NCBI RefSeq assembly: GCF_009914755.1 | Contig: NC_060930.1 | DNA: 64,000 nucleotides | Origin: the human T2T-CHM13v2.0 reference genome, Homo sapiens | Reading direction: 5' to 3' (one strand) | Part shown: positions 53,820-64,000 of the stretch, piece by piece | Layout of the letters: every line of letters begins with the position of its first letter | How positions within the stretch are numbered: position 1 is the stretch's first letter | Program-made: the position numbers and the translations under genes | The notes under the pieces: generated by a model | Databases searched by the model: none | What the model saw: only the letters and a program-made list of their open reading frames with translations | What the model was told of the DNA's origin: nothing

Positions 53820-55535
53820 ATATCTGGGCTGTTTTTTAGAGCGTTCAGTACTGGTTGATCCTGAATGAAGAATGATATAGCCACAGCAGAGTTAGCATTA
53901 AACTGGAAGGATATTTCTTCTGGCCTTCCTCTCCCCCATCTTGGATAGGTTGAGTGCAGGCACACCTTTGCTGTCTGCATCTGGGATTCTGCTAGAGGAT
54001 TATAAGGTAAGGATGATTCACCATGACCCTACAGTTGAGAAAGGCAGCTTAATTGGGACTATTTGGAATTATTACCTACTGGTCTATCTCTTGTGAACAG
54101 CACTGAGTCAACTCATCTACTAGATTTGTGTCTTGCATCAGCATTGAGGGAGCAGGTGACAAGTCTCAACCAGCACTGTAGATTACAAAATACTTGTGTG
54201 TTGTGTGTGTTTTAAGTTTGAATTTTAATGTGTAGCATTTGAAACCCCATAATCTGGGTCATGGATTTGCTTCTCCTGTATTTAAAGTACTTCATAGGTG
54301 TAATGAAGCTGCTTGTGTCAGTAACTGAACCTTAAATGCGCTTCCTTTCTTGTAGTTTTCATCTCACATGGTTTATGTTTTAATTAGACATTAGTTGTAG
54401 GGGAATAATTCTCTCAACTGGAGCCTGAAGTCAGGATGAAGGCACCAGCCTGCACAGGATGCAATAAATCGTCATGGGAATTTTACATTGAAAGCTATTT
54501 TGGGGCCTTATAATTTATAAACTGTGTACATGTAGGAAATAATAGTTTATAATCTCACGTCATTGTTTGTTGTGGAGATTCGAACAGTGAGAATAGGAAC
54601 CTGGTGGTGATGAAGAGAATTCTGTCTGACAGCCTTTATGAATAGACTGAGGCTGCTGAAGAGGTGGATTTCAGCCTAATAAGCATTAACTCCTCCTGCA
54701 GTTAACACTATCATTCAGTTGCAGCTAGTATATTAGGAGAGCTTTCTTGCAAACCCAGGGGAGTTGCTGTAAAGATTAATTCAGCTATATCATGCTTTTC
54801 ATGTGTTGTGGTGTCAAGTCAGTTGCATTTTACTCAGGTTGGTATTTGGGTTCCTCCATTTTTCTGGTTTTTAATCATTTGATTGGGAAGGTCTCCAGTG
54901 ACCTACACGCAGTAGCAGGTTAGAAATTGTGTTTCTCTTGTTAGGTTGGGGCAAGGTTTGCTGGCTTCTCTTAGCCTTCATGTCCGAACCCTGACCCCGT
55001 ACCGTGGTCTGTGGATGTTTTGGCTGTCTTGGGAGAGCGGACAGGAAGACTGGATGTACCTCCTTCTTCTAGAGGCACTGCCCAGCAGTCGGAAATCTCA
55101 GCCTGGCAGGCTTCTGTGAGTGAAGGATGTGAAGGAGAAGGTGGAAATCCTAGTTCTCTCAGGACTTTCTTCCTCTTGCTGTAGAAGATGGAGAATTACT
55201 CTCATTCTAGGAAATCTGTGAAGCTTAACGAAAGTGCAGCTTAAGTTATTTAGGGCTTAGAGTCTCTATGATGTTGGATTTCTAAAATGAAGTTTGTATT
55301 TATGCAGAGTATAGGAACGTAAGTGCTGGAGGAGACGTCAGATCATCTAGACTTCTCATTGAGTCCCATGGAAGTTTTCTGTGATCCTTCAGTGTTAGGG
55401 AGGAAAAACCAATTCTTTTGTATAAACCAGTAAAACAGCACCAGACTGCCCATGAGATTTTCTGCCTTCTCCTTGAACAAAGGGAACCTGAATATCCAAA
55501 ATACCCCAAATCATGATTTTACCTGGGATATTAAT

Positions 55536-56185
55536 GTTATTATTATTATTATTTTTAGACAGAGTTTTGCTCTGTCTCCCAGGTGGGAGTGCAGTGGCGT
55601 GATCTTGGCTCACTGCAACCTCCGCCTCCCCAGGTTCAAGTGATTCTCATGCCTCAGCCTCCCCAGTAGCTGGGACTACAGGCGTGCACCACCACGCTCA
55701 GCTAATTTTTGTAGTTTTTTAGTAGAGACAGGGTTTCAACATGTTGGCCAGGTTGGTCTCAATCCCTTGTGATCCGTCCGCCTTGTCCTCTCAAAGTGCT
55801 GGGATTACAGGCATGAGCCACTGCGCCAAGCCGTTCTTCTTATTCTTTTAAGGCCCAAAGTATCTGTATGCTTCCATTTCTTATTTATTTATTTATTTTT
55901 TTTTTTGAGACTGAGTCTCACTCTGTCTCCCAGGCTGGAGTGAAGTGGCACGATCTCAGCTCACTGCCACCTTTCCCTCTAGGTTCAAGCAATTCTCGTG
56001 CCTCAGCCTCCTGAATAGCTGGGATTACAGTCGCGTGCCACCACGCCTGGCTAGTTTTTGTATTTTTAGTAGAGATGCGATTTCACCATGTTATTCAGGC
56101 TAGTCTTGAACTCCTGACCTCGTGATCTGCCCATCTTGGCCCCCAAAAGTGCTGGGATTACAGGCGTGAGGCACCATGCCAGGCC
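55536..56185 (-). mobile_element. Two antisense AluS (55536-55832; 55882-56185)
   Basis: Two dimers; the second has TSD TGCTTCCATTTCT. Confidence 0.94.
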
Positions 56186-57268
56186 TGCTTCCATTTCTAA
56201 AATGAACTTTTATAAAATGCTTAATTAAGTCTGATGTAGGTGTGTGAACATAAGTCCTTCTTAGATTAACAGCTACAGAAGAGAACCTCTCAATATCCTT
56301 GGCCATGTGAATCATCATCTATTAATAAAAACTATAGTGACTTAATCTTGCTGGTTCTTTAAACATGTATCTCTTCCTATTTACCTTGCTTTAGTGACTG
56401 TTGTCAACCATGTCTGTCTTCCCACCTCTTGCTCTGTCTCAAGTCTCTGTATAATTTTTTCTTCCCTCTTTAGTGCTTTTAAAATTTGAGTCTTTCTTTA
56501 TATCTTTATGACTGGAATTGCTGGAATAGTCTCTGGGCTGGCTGTTTGTTTTTGGTCATCTCTGCATTCATTTTGTTAATTCTTAAGAACTTGTATTCGA
56601 TCTGGAGCAACAGACATGAGGTTGCCAGTTTGAAATGAGACCTTCAAGATCCATCATTAATGTGTACATTAAAACAAAAATCATGCCAGTTGTATGCCGC
56701 CAAGATCAGTTGCCTCCTTCTGCAGTACTCTCTCCTTTTATTTGTGATTCTTTTACTTAAGTGGCCAATGCGGATCCAATTCCATGTCTTCTGACTGGAT
56801 TGTAAATTCCTTGAATGCACAGCACCCATATCTGCTGTATCCTTTGAGCTCCCAAGGGAGGCAGCAACATTTTTAAGAGCTCCGTACATATTTCTGTTGC
56901 AGTGTACATTCTGGCATTGCTCACTTTATAAAACTCAAGTAAAATGATCCATTATCCTTCTGGTTGTGGGTATAACAACACCTTTTTCTGAACTTTGTCA
57001 GGAATATAAAACTATTACTAGTTGATGAACGTATTTGATTTTGGGGCGTATAAAGAAGTGAGATGGTTGTGTGTTGCTTTCATTCTTTTTAACAGCCTGT
57101 GGATTCACTTTTCTTTGAGGCCTGTTCAGAAAGGTCATTGCCCCTTTACCTTATGGGTGTAATTCTGACATTGAGAACTGGGTCGTGGTCACACAGTACG
57201 TGTTCGGAAATTCCTTTAAAATAAAGTTTATTTTGACTCTGAATATTGCCTTGCTTTCTATTCAGTAA

Positions 57269-57493
<225 letters not shown>

Positions 57494-59613
57494 TGAATTG
57501 GATGTATTCTGGCAGCTTGTGCTTCCTGGTCTAGGCACCTAAAGGCAGTCTGTAGGCTAGGTGAATCTGCACTGCAGACATCCTGTTGGGTTTATAGGGT
57601 TGTTTTTGTGTTCCTTTATGTACCGCGTTATATAGTGGACAAAATACATTAGTCTGTTCTGTAGGTCCTGTCTTGCTGGTTTTTCTATATGTATGTCTTT
57701 CCACACTGGTATGTGAGCAGAACTCTTTGATGATCTTGCTGAAATGTGGAGTCTTTAGTTCTTGTCCCCGGGTTGTATAGGAAATAGCCTAAATCTTTCT
57801 GTCTACTGCTTTTCCTGCTCTCTGGCTCAGCGGCTTTCTCATCTCTCCTTCCTTCCTTGCTGGGCAGGTTCCTGCAGTGGGACAGCTTTGCATACCTCTA
57901 GAAGTGTGCTTCTTCCTGGATGATTATCACTTGGCTCCTTGATGCCTGGAAAGAAACTTGTTCCTATATGAGTTTGTTCTCATGTCTGTTTTGAACAGGG
58001 TTCATATGGTGCAGATGAAGTCATCCAACAGAAAGTATCTGAGGACAAACATTTGCTTGTAGTTTACTATTTTATTTCAGGGGAATGCAGTGACATTCTA
58101 TAATCCCCTGTGTACTTATCAGGATTACAGTTAAAGTGAATGAATTGACCATGTTTTTGTTTATGCTTCCTTGGGGCAAGGAGATGAGAAAGAGCAGGTT
58201 CTGTTCTTTTTTGAGAGCTATGGCTCTGGTCTTAGGAGAGTCACCACATATGGGGTACTTGACAGTTTGTTAGGGTGCCAAAGGACAGGTTCACCATGGC
58301 TTCCAATTTGTTTCCCACCACCTTAGTTGTATGGTGAGTTGTCTGGCAGCCTCCTGTTGGAACTAGTGTTCACAGGCACTAGTGCACAGCAGTACCTGTT
58401 GCTGCTCTGTTTCTATGGGGCAATGGCAGAGTTTCCTGAGATGACCTCTCTGAACTTCACCATTCACCCTAGTTGTGCTGTCTCCTTCCACTGTTGCGTG
58501 ACTTGAAAGAAGAGCCTCTGTCCACCCTCCCGGGTTTTCTTTCTTATGGGTGACTTGCCTTTGGAGGTCAACCATTAAGGCCATAGTGGCTCAGTCATGT
58601 GTGCGTCTCTCAACAAATCTCAGCCAACATGTATGGGAAAGGCCCATTTTGAGTCTTAACATTTGCAGAAAACAAAATAAGTTGTGGAATCTATTGCCAT
58701 AGAATCCAATTTAGACCCTCATAGCTGCTTTCCTAAAAGGCACTCTGCCTTGTTCTGTGGGTCTCCAGCAGAGAGGGACCCTAGCCATTCGTTGCTTGTA
58801 ATACAGTAAACTAAAAACCTTGTGTGTAGTTGGAGAACATTTGATGTGATATAGATCGTGTTTATTGTCATTGATTCACGTTGAACGTAGCATCTTGCTT
58901 GATTAAATGTGGGGGGTTGGGTATGAAGGAGAATATCACTTAATCCTAGAGTTTAGAGTGGAGCAGTGACTGCTGTACTGTTAGATTGTATGGTTGTGAT
59001 GCTCTCACTGTACTGTTCAGGAATGGTGTAATGCCTTAGTGTTTCTTGGCATTGCCAACAGTGGAAACAAAAACACCCATATTTTCTTAACTGGGAAACA
59101 CCAGCTTTTAGAACAAGAAGTTAGCCAGATGTTCAGGATTTAATAAAGGTAGAATTTGAGTAAATGAACAAAAACTACAGTTTGTCATTCCAGAAGCAAC
59201 CAGTGCTGTCAGCCAGTTGGCCAAATGTAGGTTTAGCTCTGGCAGAGTCAAGGGATTGATGATACTGAGGAGAAAAATCTCAGTTGGCAAAGATGCCCAC
59301 ATTGGGATCACTGAAGTCTTTTTATTTATTCTGGCACTACCTTCATAAGGGAAGGTTAGTTTTTGTCATGGTAGTTTGCTTTTCATCCAGATAAAGACTT
59401 TTAAGTCTTTTAAAAAATACAGAGACACCTCGGCTTCTCTTTGGGTTGTGAAATTGCTGTGAATATGCCATTTTCTAGTTTGTGTTGGTTTTTATGAAGG
59501 CAGCGTTCCAAGGTTACCTTTTTGTTATTCTGTATGTGGGATTTCTATAGCAGTTCTGAGTAAACAGATCTCCTTGTTTCAGGACTTGAGTGTGCTTTAA
59601 GAATCATTATTTT

Positions 59614-59909
59614 GCTTGGTGCGGTGGTTCATGCCTGTAATCCCAGCACCTTGAAAGGCCGAGGAGGGAGGATTGCTGGAGCCCAGGAGTTCGAGACCAG
59701 CTTGGGCAACAAACTACAACCCTGTCTTTCCAAATAATAGTAATAATAATAAATTAGCCAGGCATGGTGGCACATGCCTCTGGTCCCAGCTAGTCAAGAG
59801 GCTGAGACAGGAGGATCACTTGAACCCAGGAGGTCAAGGCTGCATTGAGCTATGTTCACACCACTGTATTCCAGCTTGGGCAACAGAGCGAGACTCTCTC
59901 TTTAAAAAA
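59614..59909 (+). mobile_element. AluJ
   Basis: J features; private linker ATAGTAATAATAATAAATT; TSD AATCATTATTTT. Confidence 0.93.
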
Positions 59910-60324
59910 TCATTATTTTCAAGGCAGCTACCATCTTAAACAAAGTGTACTTTCTTATTTTGGGGAGCTACTTGGAATCACTGGAAAACAGAATTGGTAT
60001 CATGGGAAGAGCTCCTCTTCTGTAGGTGTTTTCGGAGCATGATCCAGAGAAAGCTCACACAGTAGGGAGCAACCAAGACTTTAGGGCTGGTGAGGCTAGG
60101 AGTAGGGGTTGTTGTAACTGCAAGCTGTGTTGTGCATATATATGTGGACGTGTCTGTGTGTCTTTGTGTATATATGCGTGTATGTATATGCATGCTTTGC
60201 TGAAAAATCCCTTTAGTTTGAGTGGATACTTTATAGTCAGCCATCACTCATGTCCTATCTCATAGAAACACTTCCTAAATGTCAAATGAAATCAGAAGAT
60301 AGGTTAGTGGGAGTGGAAGCAGGG

Positions 60325-60640
60325 TGTATTAGTTTGTTTTCATACTGCTGATAAAGGCATATTGGAGACTGGGAAGAAAAAGAGGTTTAATTGGACTTAC
60401 AGTTCCTCATGCCTGGGGAGGCCTCAGAGTCATGGAGGGAGGTGAAAAGCACCTGTTATATGGCAGTGGCAAGAGAAAATGAGATTTCGTGAGACTTACT
60501 CACTATCACAAGAATAGCACGGGAAAGGCCAGCCCCCATGATTCAATTACCTCCTCCTGGGTCCCTCCCACAACATGTGGGAATGCTGGGAGATACAATT
60601 CAAGTTGAGATTTGGGTGGGGACACAGCCAAACCATATCA
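60325..60640 (-). mobile_element. THE1 (THE1C-like) MaLR solo LTR with internal deletion
   Basis: TGTATTAG... start and ...GGGGACACAGCCAAACCATATCA end (reverse complement of the THE1 5' end). 5-bp TSD CAGGG/CAGCG. Confidence 0.92.
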
Positions 60641-60657
60641 CAGCGGATTGACTATAA

Positions 60658-61365
<708 letters not shown>

Positions 61366-62869
61366 CTCAATTTTTAATTTTTTTTTTTTTTTTTGGTTAG
61401 TTCCCAACCCAAAAGATTCCTTTTCAAATGTCAAAATGTTTCCACTGGTTCATTAATTTTTAATTGTCACAGAAATTTGTCTGGTGGTAGAGTTGTAAGA
61501 TTGTCCAGTCCAGAGCCATTGCTAGGAGGTGACATATGCTGTGCAAGCAAGGATGAGAACATGTGCCTTAACCCCAGAGAAGGGTGGGTGGTGGAGCTTC
61601 TGCCTCTGTGTCCTCTTTCATGCCTTCGAGGTTGGGGACAGTGACATGCCTCTGAGAGCCCTGGCACTCAGAGACTCTCAGAGATCTGTAAACTGAAAGA
61701 CCCATCTAACTATGGGGCCTTTATGACTGTTAGATGTGGTAGTGACTTTCTTAAAGTCAAACAGGTATTTAATTCACAGTAGCAGAATTGGAATTGCAGC
61801 TCAAGTCCTGTAACTTTGAATCCAGTACTTTTTTGCAAGACAGAATGCATGAAAACTACATTGGATCTTTGCAATAGGAATATTGAAAAGAAGATGTTTT
61901 GTTTTTTCCCATTTCCAGCGTTGTTTCTGGATCTTTGATTATTGGAAAATATAAATGGATGATTGGAGGCTTTCCTGGGAAAAATCATTTGTTTTTACCA
62001 TAATATTTAAAAATAACAGCAGAATGGATTTTACAGAATTTTTATCTAATTTGAAAATAAAATACATGTGACATCTCCTGAATCATTGGCATCCTGGTGT
62101 GATGAACAAGCAGCCCTTTGCCCTTCATCTGTGTGAAGGGGGTCGGGTATCTGATGCCTGGGAACAGTGTGTGGACACTGCAGCTTGTATCTGAGCAGTG
62201 AGCTCAGCTGCCCTGGTTCTGTAGGTCTGTGAGTAGTAATAACCTAAGCAGACATAAGATAGTGGAGACACGTCGTTTTTCATGTCATAAAATCCATGTT
62301 TGCTATCAGTCTTGTTTTTGTGGTTTTACAGTGACAAGGAATGAATTTTTTTTTTTTTGGCCCTACTATTGGTAGGATATGTGAGTTTTGAACAGCCTCA
62401 TGAGTTGTCTGTGTAGCAACTGATGCCATCGTTACAGCTTGTTGGTTATTGCTGGGCTTAAGCGTGAAGTGGTAAGATTTGCTGATTGTGAGCCTTCTGT
62501 CTACTTTTTGTTGTAGATAATGCCACTTTTCATGGATGTAATAAATTGACAAAAGCTTTGGAAAGGACTGGCAGAGGCTGAGACCTTGGCCACTCTTTGA
62601 GGGCCCTTGGCCTGCTGAGGCTAAAATTAGGGACATTTAAATAATAACATGCTACACAAATAATGAGTACACAGAATTACACAGTCAGAGAGGGAAGCTA
62701 TTAACTGTATTTGAATTTCATTTGCTTCCTATAAATGTCATCTTAGATCAAGTCCTTTGGCCAGCAAAACACTCTTGATGAGATTTAAGGGACCCTGGAT
62801 TCATTTCCTTAAACTTACCCCGGGCAGTAGTTGTGATGGCTAGCCTACCTTGAGTTCTCACTATTTGCC

Positions 62870-63045
62870 AGTTATTGTTCTAGTACTTTAGCTGTATTTA
62901 ACTCATTTAATCTTCAGAACAAGCAATTTTATAGGTGAGGAAACTATATACTAAGAGTGGATTAGCAATTTGCCTACCCAGCTATTAAGTGGAAGCATGA
63001 GGATATAAGACCAGGCCTTTTGGATCAGACCTCCCATGCTTTCTG
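62870..63045 (-). mobile_element. MIR SINE
   Basis: TTAACTCATTTAATCTTCA...TTTTATAGGTGAGGAAACT...AATTTGCC reverse-complement core. Confidence 0.7.
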
Positions 63046-63192
63046 GATTAGAGCTCCCAAGCTTGTAGCCACCACTTAGATAAGGAGAGGTAATTTTGGA
63101 GCCTTTCATAAAGATAGCATTCCAAAAATAAGAATTTGTAGGAAGACTTTACTTTTTTTAAGTAGGTATTTATTTGGAAGGAGGTAAGTGGA

Positions 63193-63511
<319 letters not shown>

Positions 63512-64000
63512 GTCAGTAAGTGAATTTTTTATTGGGAAAAAGAACCTTGGAAGGCATGGTAAGTATTTATTGACTGTGTTTCTGGGCTTTATTTATGATT
63601 TGTAATTGAATTGATAGAGGGTATCAAAAATGTAGACTGTGAATTGGTTTCCTCCTCTCTTCAGTCAGACACACAGATGCATCCGTTAGTTTCCATTTCC
63701 TCACTTAGAGTTTTGTGTTTTTAATGCTGTTGTCGTTCTGGCTGGCTGGAACTCACTGGACGGATGGTGCATGGATGTTTTGGCAACAGCTGCCAATTTG
63801 TAGCCAAGGACCAGTATTGGAAGCGCAGATGTGGGACATTCTGTAGCCAACACCCCCCAAGCCCCCTTTAAGAAATATAATTTTGAACTCCTTTCAGAAT
63901 CTTTCAGTCATTTCCAAAGATTCTTGATGTGTGTGGAATGAAATGTGGGCCCGACTGTGAATTCATTGTTAACAAAATATGTTCACACAAGTCATAAAAA

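Overview
Primate (very probably human) genomic DNA covering the 3' ~57 kb of intron 1, exon 2 (57296-57431, + strand, 136 nt) and the start of intron 2 of JARID2 (PRC2 cofactor). Exon 2 is the only host coding sequence. Almost all ORF-track entries are Alu/L1 read-throughs or chance ORFs. The intron holds about 35 Alus (roughly 25 antisense, 10 sense), old L1M/L2/MIR fragments, DNA transposon fossils, MaLR LTRs (MLT1, THE1), a dead U6 snRNA retrocopy nested in an old L1, and a ~3 kb class I ERV remnant with a disrupted gag lying sense to JARID2. I see no evidence for a new multi-gene system. The most notable unexplained structures are locally templated insertions inside Alus (60805-60875 copied from 59703-59773; 26169-26184 matching 25241-25256), an apparently inverted ERV junction at ~20240, a stop-introducing cryptic acceptor 30 nt upstream of exon 2, several well-formed poison-exon candidates, and a very strong G-quadruplex tract. 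Repeat subfamily names and boundaries come from recalled consensus sequences by eye and are approximate.
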